Shown here: positions 18,571 through 27,801 of the stretch, piece after piece
How the letters are laid out: the number at the start of each line of letters is the position of its first letter
Numbering within the stretch: position 1 is the stretch's first letter
Origin: Phycisphaerales bacterium
GTDB lineage: Bacteria > Planctomycetota > Phycisphaerae > Phycisphaerales > UBA1924
Assembly (NCBI GenBank): GCA_965227775.1
Contig: OZ245777.1
Location: 2,080,001 to 2,144,000 of the forward strand
Length of the DNA: 64,000 bases
Direction: 5' to 3'
Notes under the pieces: model-generated
The model's input: only the letters and a program-made list of their open reading frames with translations
Told to the model about the DNA's origin: nothing
Databases searched by the model: none
Translations under genes and position numbers: made by a program

Positions 18571-19497
18571 GTGGAGAACGTGCTCGGCCTTCTGCTCCTG
18601 CTCGCCGTCGGTGGTGCCTTGTATTGGCTGCTGCTGGTGTTCCTCACCGCCCGCACGCTGACGCACCCGCCCCGCCAGACCTACGCCAGCGCAGTCTCGC
18701 GCGGCCGTGCCGGCGACCCGAGCGAACTCGACGAGCCGCGCGAGTTTGAGGCATGGACGCTTCCAAGCCAAGGGCGCGATCTCTCCGTCTGGGATGTACG
18801 TGGGCGAAGTGCCGACGGCCCGATCGCCATCGTGACACACGGCTGGAGCAGCGGCAAGGTGCACGCGTTGCGACGCCTGCCGCTACTCTGCAGCTTGTGC
18901 TCGCGTGTCGTCTTCTGGGACATGCCCGGCCACGGCGAGAGCGGCGGGCGTTGCACTCTGGGCGTCCTGGAAACCAACGACCTGCTGGCAATCATCGAAC
19001 GCGTCGGCCATGGTCGTCCGATCGTGCTCTGCGGCTCATCGATGGGCTCAGGAGTCTCCATCGCTGCGGCGGCCCGGAGCGAGCACATCTCGCTCGTCAT
19101 CGTCGAGGCGCCCTATCGCATGCCCATCACACCCGCCCGCAACGTCATGCGATTCCAGCGCTCGCCCGTGTGGCTGAACCTGAGTCCGGCGTTGGCATAC
19201 GTGGGCTTGGCCGCCTGCGGCCGCTGGACTGGTCCGGGGCTGGTGCATGCAGGCGGGCCTGTGTTTGACCGAGCAAAACTGGCCGCCAAGCTCGCGTGCC
19301 CGCTGCTGGTCCTGCACGGCGACGAAGACCCGACGTGCCCGACCGTCGACGGCCGCGAGATCGCCGAAGCGTGTCCGAGCGGGCGATTTGTTGAGATTCC
19401 CGGCGGAACGCACCAAAACCTGTGGAAGGATGCCGACTGCCGTGCGATGATGGAACGTGAATACACGAACGCCATCAACGCCGTCGCCCGATCCTGA
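18571..19497 (+). CDS. Alpha/beta hydrolase
   Basis: HGW, DMPGHGES, GSSMG nucleophile elbow, LHGDED and GGTH. Confidence 0.9.
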   Translation: MENVLGLLLLLAVGGALYWLLLVFLTARTLTHPPRQTYASAVSRGRAGDPSELDEPREFEAWTLPSQGRDLSVWDVRGRSADGPIAIVTHGWSSGKVHALRRLPLLCSLCSRVVFWDMPGHGESGGRCTLGVLETNDLLAIIERVGHGRPIVLCGSSMGSGVSIAAAARSEHISLVIVEAPYRMPITPARNVMRFQRSPVWLNLSPALAYVGLAACGRWTGPGLVHAGGPVFDRAKLAAKLACPLLVLHGDEDPTCPTVDGREIAEACPSGRFVEIPGGTHQNLWKDADCRAMMEREYTNAINAVARS

Positions 19498-20266
19498 TCT
19501 GCTCCGCCGGCTCGTCGGCGTGCTCGATCTCACCACCCTCGAGGCAACCGACACAGCAGAACGCTTGCGCGACTTGTGCGCCAAGGGCCTCGACCCTCTC
19601 GGCGATGGATCGGCGACCGTCGGGGCCATCTGCGTCTATCCGACAATGGTGCCAGCGGCGGCCGAAGCATTGCAAGGCTCCGGCGTGGGCCTCGCGTCGG
19701 TCGCCGGCGCATTCCCGAGCGGAATGAGCCCGGTCTCGCTCCGTGTGGCCGAGGCAAGATGGGCAGTCGAGCATGGTGCCACCGAGATCGACATGGTCAT
19801 CAGTCGCGGCGAGTTCCTGGCCGGCAGATCGGACGCGGTGGTCGAAGAGGTTCGCGAGATCCGAGCCTCGATCGGTGATGCCGCCCTTAAGGTGATACTC
19901 GAAACCGGCGAGCTTGGCAGCGAGGAACGCATCCGTTCGGCGAGTGAGCTTGTTGTGCCGTTGCTTCGCGAGGGCGATTTCATCAAGACCAGCACCGGCA
20001 AGACCCAGCCCGCGGCGACGCTGGAGGCGACAGAAGTCATGCTGCGCGTGCTCGATGAGCATCGGAGGTCGGGCGGCCCGAGCATCGGGCTGAAGCCAGC
20101 CGGCGGCGTTCGCAGCACCGAAGACGCGCTGGACTACTGGAAGCAGGCCCGCGAGATCATGGGATCTCATGAAGACTGGCGATCACCCGACCCGCGGTGC
20201 TTTCGCATCGGAGCCTCAAGCCTGCTCGGTTCGCTCGTCGACTCAATCACTCAGGGCCCAAGGTAG
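19457..20266 (+). CDS. deoC: Deoxyribose-phosphate aldolase
   Basis: DLTTL, ICVYP, FPSG, GATEIDMV, LKVILETGEL, DFIKTSTGK, KPAGG and RIGASSLL. Confidence 0.95.
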   Translation: MNTRTPSTPSPDPDLLRRLVGVLDLTTLEATDTAERLRDLCAKGLDPLGDGSATVGAICVYPTMVPAAAEALQGSGVGLASVAGAFPSGMSPVSLRVAEARWAVEHGATEIDMVISRGEFLAGRSDAVVEEVREIRASIGDAALKVILETGELGSEERIRSASELVVPLLREGDFIKTSTGKTQPAATLEATEVMLRVLDEHRRSGGPSIGLKPAGGVRSTEDALDYWKQAREIMGSHEDWRSPDPRCFRIGASSLLGSLVDSITQGPR

Positions 20267-21324
20267 CGTTCGATGAGGCTCTGCCACTCCGGAGAACTCG
20301 TTTCGGCGAGGACGGCGCGATTGATGTCCTCACGACGCTCGCTGCCCTGGGGCAATGCCATGCCGTAGCTCTGGGGGGCGAACGTCGCCTCGAGCACGCG
20401 CACGCCGTCGCGCTCACGGGCGATCGAGCGAAGCACCGGCGCGTCGTGCACGACGGCATCGACCTCGTCGTTCGCAAGCAGATCGAACGCGTCCTCGATC
20501 GATGCCACCTTGTTCGGTCGAACGCCATGGCTGCGGAGGTACTCGATCGCTGTTGTGCCCGCGGGTGCCGCCACGCGGACGTCCGGGAGGTCCTCCGGCC
20601 CGCGAACCTGATCGTCGAGGGCGCCCACGGTAATTGCGCTCGCGATGCCGCCGGTAAACGCCGCGATGATGATGATGCTCGTGAACATCCAGATGAGAGC
20701 GACAGCGCGGCCGGGGAACGTTACCGGCGCCTTGTCGCCGTACCCCACGGTTGTCATGGTCACGGCGCTCCACCAGAAGCCATCGCCCAGTCCCTTTATG
20801 CCCTTGGGGAACTGCTCTGAGTTTGCCTTGCGTTCGAACAGCCACATCAAGAATCCGCTCACAAGAAGCACGAGCGCCAGCGCACCGACCGCCTGCAGGA
20901 ACGCCAGGCTTACCAGGCCGCGAATGACGGCGAACACTCCGGAGCCAGAGGAATCACTGCCAATGGCGATGCCAAGGCCTGTGTTGTAGTACGCATGCGT
21001 AAAATCGAGTCGAGACTCTCGTTCTCGCGAGATGGTGAGCGCCGCGATGGCGATGTCTGACTCTCCGTTCGCGACAGAGTCGAGCGCTTCCTGCAGCGTC
21101 GTCACGTGCCACCCGGTCTGGACGCCAAGGTCTTCGGCGACGCGATTCCATAAATCGACGTCGATGCCGCGCAGGCCCGACTCGCCGTCATCGATCACAA
21201 ACGGTGGGGTGAGCGTCGTGGCCACACGCAGCGTCGCGGGAGCCTCGTCAGGTGAGTCCTGTGCGTGGCAGAAGCAGGTCAGGAGCCCTAGCGAGGCCAA
21301 GACGACTGTCAGGGTTCGGGTCAT
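20251..21324 (-). CDS. GluR0-like ligand-gated K+ channel (split substrate-binding domain with a pore domain)
   Basis: Signal peptide, SBP lobe (PPFVI, GIDVDLW, LTISRERESRLDFT), M1, pore loop WWSAVTMTTVGYGD, M2, then a second SBP lobe (YGMALPQGS). Confidence 0.9.
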   Translation of the reverse strand: MTRTLTVVLASLGLLTCFCHAQDSPDEAPATLRVATTLTPPFVIDDGESGLRGIDVDLWNRVAEDLGVQTGWHVTTLQEALDSVANGESDIAIAALTISRERESRLDFTHAYYNTGLGIAIGSDSSGSGVFAVIRGLVSLAFLQAVGALALVLLVSGFLMWLFERKANSEQFPKGIKGLGDGFWWSAVTMTTVGYGDKAPVTFPGRAVALIWMFTSIIIIAAFTGGIASAITVGALDDQVRGPEDLPDVRVAAPAGTTAIEYLRSHGVRPNKVASIEDAFDLLANDEVDAVVHDAPVLRSIARERDGVRVLEATFAPQSYGMALPQGSERREDINRAVLAETSSPEWQSLIERYLGP

Positions 21325-21381
21325 GCACGCACGCTATGGCGTGACTCCCGGCAATGCCAGCAACCGAGCCTGGAGGAGAAC

Positions 21382-22344
21382 TTACCCGCCATCGCGCGGG
21401 GCAACCACGACGCGACGCCGAAGATCGGGCACCACGATGCCGCCGGGCTCTTCCACCGTGATGGCAAAGAGCGCCACGCGGCCGAGGTCGAGCGAAGGAT
21501 CGATGGGCACGATGATCTCGCCGTCGGCGGTCGCATTGAACACGCCACCCGAGACCTTCTGCTCCATGCCCCGATCATCGACCACCCATACCTGGTACTG
21601 CTCCTTGGTTGGGTCGTTGACATCGAGGTTCACGAATCGCAGGTAGCCCTGCTCGAGATCGTCGTTCCACACGACGTCGCCGGTCACATCTTGCTGCAGC
21701 GCGGGATCGTTCGGCAGGTCGAAGGGCGTCCATGCGAGCCGCACCGTGCCAGGCAGGTCGAGCAACTTCTGCCGGTTTGCCGCCAGCGTCGCCGGATCGA
21801 CCGGCTCCTCGTACCGCGCGATGCGCAGCTCGGCTTCCTGCAGGTTGCTGGTCAGGCTCGCGAGCCGCTCGGCCATCTGCAGCCGCTGCTCTTCGGCGGC
21901 CGCCAGGGCCATCTGTGCTTCATCGAGCTCGCCCGTGCGAGACTCGAGTTGCTGGCGCACTTGTGCCAAGAACGTCTCGTTCTGCTCGGCCTGGGCCTGG
22001 GCCCGCGACAGCTGCGTCTCGAGCTCGGCGATGCGCTCGTTCTTGCCCTGCATGGCGATCGTCAGCACCGCAAGGCCCACGCCCGCACCGACCATTAGGA
22101 CCGCCGCGATGCCCAGCATCGCCCACGGCACCCGCCGCAGACTCGGATCGAGCGCGCTCGTGTTGTGATCGCCGCCGCTTGTTCGTTCGCGCATCGCCGC
22201 CTGCCCTTGTGCTTCGAGCGCCGCCGCCAGGGCCTCGGGCAAGCGCCCGTCTTCGGTCATGCTCGCCAAGGCCATGGCTTCGGTCTGTTCCTCGGCGGTG
22301 GGGGGCTCGAATCCACTCGCGGCCTGGGGTCGTTGCTCGCTCAT
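21382..22344 (-). CDS. Anti-sigma factor, RskA-like
   Basis: TM helix, coiled coil and a C-terminal RskA-type domain (QYQVW, SGGVF, FAITVEEPGG). Coupled to the sigma gene by a 4-bp overlap. Confidence 0.85.
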   Translation of the reverse strand: MSEQRPQAASGFEPPTAEEQTEAMALASMTEDGRLPEALAAALEAQGQAAMRERTSGGDHNTSALDPSLRRVPWAMLGIAAVLMVGAGVGLAVLTIAMQGKNERIAELETQLSRAQAQAEQNETFLAQVRQQLESRTGELDEAQMALAAAEEQRLQMAERLASLTSNLQEAELRIARYEEPVDPATLAANRQKLLDLPGTVRLAWTPFDLPNDPALQQDVTGDVVWNDDLEQGYLRFVNLDVNDPTKEQYQVWVVDDRGMEQKVSGGVFNATADGEIIVPIDPSLDLGRVALFAITVEEPGGIVVPDLRRRVVVAPRDGG

Positions 22345-22997
22345 GACGCGGCCCCTTTCCCCGCACGATCGCTCTTCGAATCCGCGCCCTCGAACCCAAC
22401 CCGCTCACGAACTCTGGCCAATCCCCGGCGGATGTGGCTCTTGACGGTCCCTAGCGGAATGCCGGTCGCGTCGGCGATCTGTTCGTGGGTGTGACCCGAA
22501 ACGATGAACAACCGGAGCACCATTCTCTGGGGTTGCGGCAGAGTCTCCATCGCTTCCGAGGCTTTTCGGACGTCCTCTGCGTCGCTCGACGTGCCGGCCA
22601 GCGGGACGGTATCGACCTCGGTGTCGAGGTGCTCGGCTTCGACCGGTGTCTCCCGAGAGGAGCCAACCCGCCGGAGCCGATCGATCACGCGCCGCCGCGC
22701 GATGACGGCGATGAACGTCTTCTCGCTTCCCTTGGCTGGGTCGAAGCGCCCGGCGTCCCTCCAGATCGACGCGAAAACGTCCTGCACGACTTCCTCGGCG
22801 TCCTGGCGATGTCGCGGACCCGGGAAGCGCGCCTGCACGATGCTCCACACAAATCCGCCATACGCATCGATGAACGGACGCACCGCCGAGGCATCGCCAC
22901 GGCCCAACCGCTCGAGTAAGCTCTGCACCTCGACCGGCTCGCTCGTGGCTTCTTCGGATTGGCGTGCGCCGCCCTTGGGCGGCCCGGTGATAGCCAT
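22341..22997 (-). CDS. ECF-type RNA polymerase sigma factor (SigK-like)
   Basis: DAEEVVQDVF, RFDPAKGSEKTFIAVIARRRVIDRLR and IPLGTVKSHIRRGL. Start chosen at MAITGPP. Confidence 0.92.
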   Translation of the reverse strand: MAITGPPKGGARQSEEATSEPVEVQSLLERLGRGDASAVRPFIDAYGGFVWSIVQARFPGPRHRQDAEEVVQDVFASIWRDAGRFDPAKGSEKTFIAVIARRRVIDRLRRVGSSRETPVEAEHLDTEVDTVPLAGTSSDAEDVRKASEAMETLPQPQRMVLRLFIVSGHTHEQIADATGIPLGTVKSHIRRGLARVRERVGFEGADSKSDRAGKGAAS

Positions 22998-23460
22998 GCG
23001 GGAGAGTCTATCCGTCCGCTCACCCAGAGATTCGCGGATGGGCCGCGTCGTTGCACGACTGACCTGAGCACCTCCGCCGGGCCTGACAACAACGGCTCGC
23101 TCGCACGAGTCGGTAGGGTCGGTGCTTGCCAACACTGTCAGCCGGACTGAATTGACGTCCCGAGCTGTCGGCAAGCAATCGCCGTTAACGCATCGAATTG
23201 TGCTTGAAGAACCCTCGACCAACCTGTATCGGCGGTTCTTGCATTGCGGTCCGACCTAAATCGTGCGTGGACGGTCGCTAATGAGGTCCTCGTGATGGCC
23301 GCCACGTCGTAGCCACGACAAGCCGAGGCTGAGGTGCACGCAGAGTCAAGTTGCCGAGTCCAGATCGCATGCCAAGATCCATACGTACCCGACGACTTGG
23401 CCCTCGATGGCCGGCGTACCCACATTCGGGCGCTCGGTGAACGAAGCGGAGACCTCCCCC

Positions 23461-25161
23461 ATGCCACGACTCGAATCGCAAACGAAGACGTCCACCGTCC
23501 TGCTCATAGCGGGCCTGGCGTTCTCGGCGCCGCTGCTGTCCATCTCGGCCTGCCAGACCGAGCAATCGCCTGCGTCCGTCGTCACGCCCACCCCCACACC
23601 AACCCTGTACGACGGCTTCGGCGGCTACCACCGCGAAGTCTCGACCGACTCGGCCGAAGCGCAGCAGTGGTTCGATCAGGGGCTGCAACTGTTATACGGC
23701 TTCAACCACGACGAGGCGATCCGGTCCTTCAAGCACGCGGCCAAGATTGATCCCGACCTGGCGATGGCGCACTGGGGCGAGGCGTACGCGCTCGGCCTGC
23801 ACATCAACAATCCGCAGATGGGCCAGGAGCAGAGCGAGAAGGCATACGCTGCCGCCCAACGCGCGATGGAGAAGATCGAGCACGCATCTCCTGTCGAGGC
23901 CGCGATCATTCGTGCGGTCGCCGAGCGCTACGCCATGCCCGTGCCCGAGGATCGCACGCCGCTGGATGAGGCGTACGCCGCCGCAATGGAACAGGTCTGG
24001 GCGCAGTATCCTGACGACGCGGACGTGGGCGCACTCTTCGCCGAAAGCCTCATGAACCTCCAGCCGTGGGACCTATGGACCAAAACGGGCGAGCCCAAGG
24101 GCCGCACGCTCGACGTCGTCGCCACGCTCGAGCGCGTGCTCGAGATCGATCCGAACCATCCCGGCGCGAACCACTTCTACATCCACACCGTCGAGGCCTC
24201 GAACGAGCCCGAGCGCGGCGTCGCTTCGGCCGATCGATTGCGCACGCTCGTGCCCGGCAGCGGCCACCTCGTCCACATGCCCGCGCACATCTACGCCCGC
24301 GTTGGCCGATGGGCCGAGGCCAGCGACGCAAACGTCGCCGCCATCGAGGCCGACCGCGCCTACTTCGCCAAGGCGCCAGAGCCGGAGTTCTACGCTCTGT
24401 ACTTCATCCACAACATCCACTTCCTGTCGTGGAGCGCCATGATGGAGGGCCGCTACGAGACGGCCATGGCCGCCGCACGTGAGCTCGAGCGCGACATACC
24501 CCAGAGCTTCCTCAAGGAGTGGACCTTCATCGCCGACGGCTTCATGCCCGTGACCTACCACGCGATGATCCGTTTCGGCAAGTGGGAAGACATCCTCCAA
24601 GAGAAGAAGCCCGAAGACTACCGCCGCCTGAGCCTGTCTCTCTGGCACTACGCCCGAGGCATCGCGCTGGCCAATACCGGCCGCGTCAGCGAGGCCCGCG
24701 AAGAGCTCGAGGCCTTCGAGCAAGCCGCCGCCTCCGTGCCCGAGGACTGGGTCGTCGGAAACAGTGCGGCCAGCGACGTTCTGAACGTCGCCCGACACAT
24801 GCTTAAGGGCGAGATTGCCTTCAAGGCCGGCAACCCCGACGAAGCGTTCGCCTACCTGCGCACCGGCGTCGAGCTCGAAGACCAGCTCAACTACGACGAG
24901 CCGCCGGATTGGATGCAGCCCGTCCGCCACGCCCTCGGCGCCCTGCTGATGGCCGAAGGTCGGCACGAGGAGGCCAAGGCGGTGTACCTCGAAGACCTGA
25001 AGAAGTACCCGGAGAACGGCTGGGCCCTGCTCGGCCTGAGCAAGGCGATGGAGGCCGCCGGCGAGGACACCACGGCCGTCGACGCGAGGCGGGCCAAGTC
25101 CTGGGCCCGCGCCGACGTTTCGCCGGTCGCATCGTGCTACTGCCACCCCGACGCGGGATAG
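23461..25161 (+). CDS. TPR-repeat exported/lipoprotein
   Basis: Signal ending SISAC, then AQQWFDQGL...GFNHDEA, HPGANHFYIH, GHLVHMPAHIY and YDEPPDW. Confidence 0.85.
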   Translation: MPRLESQTKTSTVLLIAGLAFSAPLLSISACQTEQSPASVVTPTPTPTLYDGFGGYHREVSTDSAEAQQWFDQGLQLLYGFNHDEAIRSFKHAAKIDPDLAMAHWGEAYALGLHINNPQMGQEQSEKAYAAAQRAMEKIEHASPVEAAIIRAVAERYAMPVPEDRTPLDEAYAAAMEQVWAQYPDDADVGALFAESLMNLQPWDLWTKTGEPKGRTLDVVATLERVLEIDPNHPGANHFYIHTVEASNEPERGVASADRLRTLVPGSGHLVHMPAHIYARVGRWAEASDANVAAIEADRAYFAKAPEPEFYALYFIHNIHFLSWSAMMEGRYETAMAAARELERDIPQSFLKEWTFIADGFMPVTYHAMIRFGKWEDILQEKKPEDYRRLSLSLWHYARGIALANTGRVSEAREELEAFEQAAASVPEDWVVGNSAASDVLNVARHMLKGEIAFKAGNPDEAFAYLRTGVELEDQLNYDEPPDWMQPVRHALGALLMAEGRHEEAKAVYLEDLKKYPENGWALLGLSKAMEAAGEDTTAVDARRAKSWARADVSPVASCYCHPDAG

Positions 25162-25268
25162 CCCCGCAGCATTCCTCACAGAGCGTCCGATTCGCTGGCC
25201 CTGCGGCCAGAATTCTGGCTCTCAAGACCTCGAAGGGCCGAGATCAAGGACCATCGAGGAGGACGCCC

Positions 25269-25481
25269 ATGCGCCGCAAACAGATCGCTCGTACCGCCGC
25301 GGCCACCGCGGGTCTGGCCGCCCTGGCCTCGCTCGCGGGCTGCAAGCCCGACATCCCGCTGATCCCGTTCATCAAGAGTGACACGGTTCCGTACTCGACG
25401 GTCGCGGAGCTGGAAGCCGAGTTCACACCCCCCGGTCACTGCCCCCAAGCTCCTCAAGCTCGTCGCCATACCGCTCCCTGA
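25269..25481 (+). CDS. Putative small lipoprotein (70 aa)
   Basis: Strong SD GAGGAGG before the ATG. MRRK, a hydrophobic stretch, then lipobox LAGC. The 3' end overlaps purB convergently. Confidence 0.5.
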   Translation: MRRKQIARTAAATAGLAALASLAGCKPDIPLIPFIKSDTVPYSTVAELEAEFTPPGHCPQAPQARRHTAP

Positions 25482-26925
25482 GCGGCTCGACGACCTCCTT
25501 CAGGAATCGCTCGGTCTGCTCGACGCTCCGGCCGACGTACTTCATCGGGTCGAGCAACTGGTCCTCAGTCAGCAGGTGGTGGACGGGCGCGAACGCCTCG
25601 TCGCCGCGCAGGCGTTCGATGAGGTCGTTGTCCAGGCCCTGCTGCTTCACCTTCATGCCCGCCGCCTGGGCGTGCACACGGATCTTCTCGTGCAGCTCCT
25701 GGCGATCGCCGCCGGCCTTGACGGCCTCCATCAGGATGTTTTCCGTCGCCAGGAAGGGCAGCTCGGCCATCAGGTTCTTGCGCACCATCGCCTCGTGGAC
25801 GACAAGCCCCGATGCGACCTGGTGCATGAGGTCGAGCGCGCCGTCGAGGGCCAGGAACGCCTCGGGCAGGCTCAGCCGACGGTTGCTTGAGTCGTCGAGC
25901 GTGCGTTCCAGCCACTGCGTGGCGGCGGTGTCGTAGGCGTTGCCCACCAGGTTCATCACGAAGCGCGTGAGCCCGCAGATGCGCTCGCACTTCATCGGGT
26001 TGCGCTTGTAGGGCATGGCCGACGAGCCGATCTGCTTGGCGCCGAAGGGCTCGTCGATCTCCTTGCGGTTGCTGAGCAGGCGGATATCGGTGGCGATCTT
26101 GTGGAGGACGGAGGCGACCGAGGCGAGGTCTGAGAGTACGAACGCGTCAACGACACGCGGATACGTCTGTCCGCTCAGCTCGTTGGCATACGTGGCTTGT
26201 ACCGCTCCCTTGCTGGACGCCGCGAATCGAGACAGGAATTCGGACTCAAGGGCATCGACATCAGACTGGTTGCCGAGCAGATTGAGGAACGAAGCCTGTG
26301 TTCCAGTCGCGCCACGCAAGCCGCGCATTCCAAAGTGGCCCCAACACTCTGCGAGCCTCGGTTCGCACAGCGACAGATCAAAAGCCCACCCCGCGATCCG
26401 TCGGCCAACAGTGGTGGGCTGCGCTGTCTGGTAGTGTGTAAAGCCTAGCGTTGGGATATCACTCAATTCCTGAGCGGTATGGCCGAGCGAGGAGAGAACT
26501 CGTGCGAGTTTTCGCAAGATCAGCAGTTGGCTCTCACCGATTGCGGCCAAATCCGCATTACACACCACATCCTGGCTCGTACACCCCAGATGAATAGTCC
26601 CCTTCGCCTTGGGGCACTGCTCGCCCAGGCAGTGCACGTGGGCCATCACGTCGTGGCGCAGGTCGCGTTCGAGCTCGCTCGCGCGGGCGAGCTCCTCGTC
26701 GGTGATGCCGCGCTCGACGACGGCTCGCAACTCGTCGATCTGTTCCAGGGACACGAGCGGCGTGTCCCAGCCCTTGGTCACCTCGTGCTGCGCCTCGGCC
26801 ACCGCCAGCCAGATGCGGCGCCAGGTGTTGAACTTGTGCCGCGGGCTCCAGATGCGGAGCATCTCGGGCGAGGCGTTGCGGGAGGCGAGCGGAGACGTGT
26901 AGGTATCGTTCGGATTGGTCGTCAT
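25423..26925 (-). CDS. purB: Adenylosuccinate lyase
   Basis: YTSPLASR, RHDVMAHVH, IHLGCTS, THYQTAQPTTVGRR, GQTYPR and the fumarate-lyase signature GSSAMPYKRNPMKCE. Confidence 0.96.
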   Translation of the reverse strand: MTTNPNDTYTSPLASRNASPEMLRIWSPRHKFNTWRRIWLAVAEAQHEVTKGWDTPLVSLEQIDELRAVVERGITDEELARASELERDLRHDVMAHVHCLGEQCPKAKGTIHLGCTSQDVVCNADLAAIGESQLLILRKLARVLSSLGHTAQELSDIPTLGFTHYQTAQPTTVGRRIAGWAFDLSLCEPRLAECWGHFGMRGLRGATGTQASFLNLLGNQSDVDALESEFLSRFAASSKGAVQATYANELSGQTYPRVVDAFVLSDLASVASVLHKIATDIRLLSNRKEIDEPFGAKQIGSSAMPYKRNPMKCERICGLTRFVMNLVGNAYDTAATQWLERTLDDSSNRRLSLPEAFLALDGALDLMHQVASGLVVHEAMVRKNLMAELPFLATENILMEAVKAGGDRQELHEKIRVHAQAAGMKVKQQGLDNDLIERLRGDEAFAPVHHLLTEDQLLDPMKYVGRSVEQTERFLKEVVEPLRERYGDELEELGGSDRGV

Positions 26926-26965
26926 GCACGCGATGATATTCGCGCGAGCTTCCGAACCCGAGCGT

Positions 26966-27325
26966 TCACGCGCTGCGGATCGCCGCCGCGTCCATCTTCC
27001 GCTGCTCGGCCTTCGCATACTGCGCGCGGATCATCGGGAGCAGCCCGCCGAAGATGATCGACGCGGTGATGCCGGGCATCAGGAACACGAACCACACGTG
27101 CCAGGGCTGGCCCAGCACCAGTGCCACGAGGCCAGTGAGCGCGAGCCCGATGCCCAGCGCCAACCCCAGGCCGAAGATGCCCAGCACCAGCCCGCGGGCC
27201 TTGCCCATGCTGGCCAAAGGCCCGCCCAGCCCGCCACCGATGCCCCCGAATCCGGCTCCGAGCACCACACCGATGCCCCCGCCCACGATGCCCGCCGCCT
27301 GCTCTGTGAACCACGGATCCATCAC
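26966..27325 (-). CDS. Small glycine-rich membrane protein
   Basis: Three hydrophobic Gly-rich segments. ATGA overlap with the upstream DUF2089-like gene. Confidence 0.7.
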   Translation of the reverse strand: MMDPWFTEQAAGIVGGGIGVVLGAGFGGIGGGLGGPLASMGKARGLVLGIFGLGLALGIGLALTGLVALVLGQPWHVWFVFLMPGITASIIFGGLLPMIRAQYAKAEQRKMDAAAIRSA

Positions 27326-27681
27326 GAACCCCCCTTCTGGTCGTTGTCCTGAACCGCCTTGTCCCTTGCCTCGGCCGCTTCCAGTACCCGGCGGGCCCCC
27401 GAAGCCGTCAGCTCCCCCCGCTGAACGAGTTCCGCAAGAGCCTCGGCCAGCGGGTCCCGCGGTCGATCCTCGACCGCCGCCCGCAGCCGCTCAATCACGC
27501 CGTCCAGCCGCGTGCGGATGGTCGGATAGCTGACGCCGTATCGCTTGGCGAGGTCCTTGAGAGAACCCGAACACAGCACAAACTCAATGATGAGCGACAG
27601 ATCCTCTCGCGGCACCCTGGCCAGCGGCGAGCCTGCCAGCCCAAGGACAGGGCTTTGCTGCGTATCAGAGTTTGTATTCAT
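27322..27681 (-). CDS. DUF2089-family HTH protein
   Basis: FVLCSGSLKDLAKRYGVSYPTIRTRLDGVIERL. Confidence 0.8.
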   Translation of the reverse strand: MNTNSDTQQSPVLGLAGSPLARVPREDLSLIIEFVLCSGSLKDLAKRYGVSYPTIRTRLDGVIERLRAAVEDRPRDPLAEALAELVQRGELTASGARRVLEAAEARDKAVQDNDQKGGS

Positions 27682-27689
27682 CAAGGTCA

Positions 27690-27752
27690 CGTTCAACAAT
27701 ATGCATCATTATTCAATATTGTCAATGATCATTTAATAAAAATCAATATTCG
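27690..27752 (-). promoter_or_regulatory. AT-rich promoter/operator region upstream of the DUF2089-like gene
   Basis: Minus-strand TTGACA at 27720-27725. TCAATATT at 27713-27720 and 27743-27750, and palindrome CAATATTG at 27714-27721. Confidence 0.55.
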
Positions 27753-27801
27753 TCCCTTCACGCTGCTGTGACGCCGCCTCGGCCAATCGGTACGCTGGTG
27801 C

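Noticed and set aside
26015..26448. Plus-strand ORFs (139 and 83 aa) within the purB low-GC3 patch as an overlapping gene, or an intein/intron explanation for the patch
   Set aside because: The ORFs do not coincide with the patch limits and have no recognisable features. The patch encodes collinear PurB motifs, so it is not an insertion.
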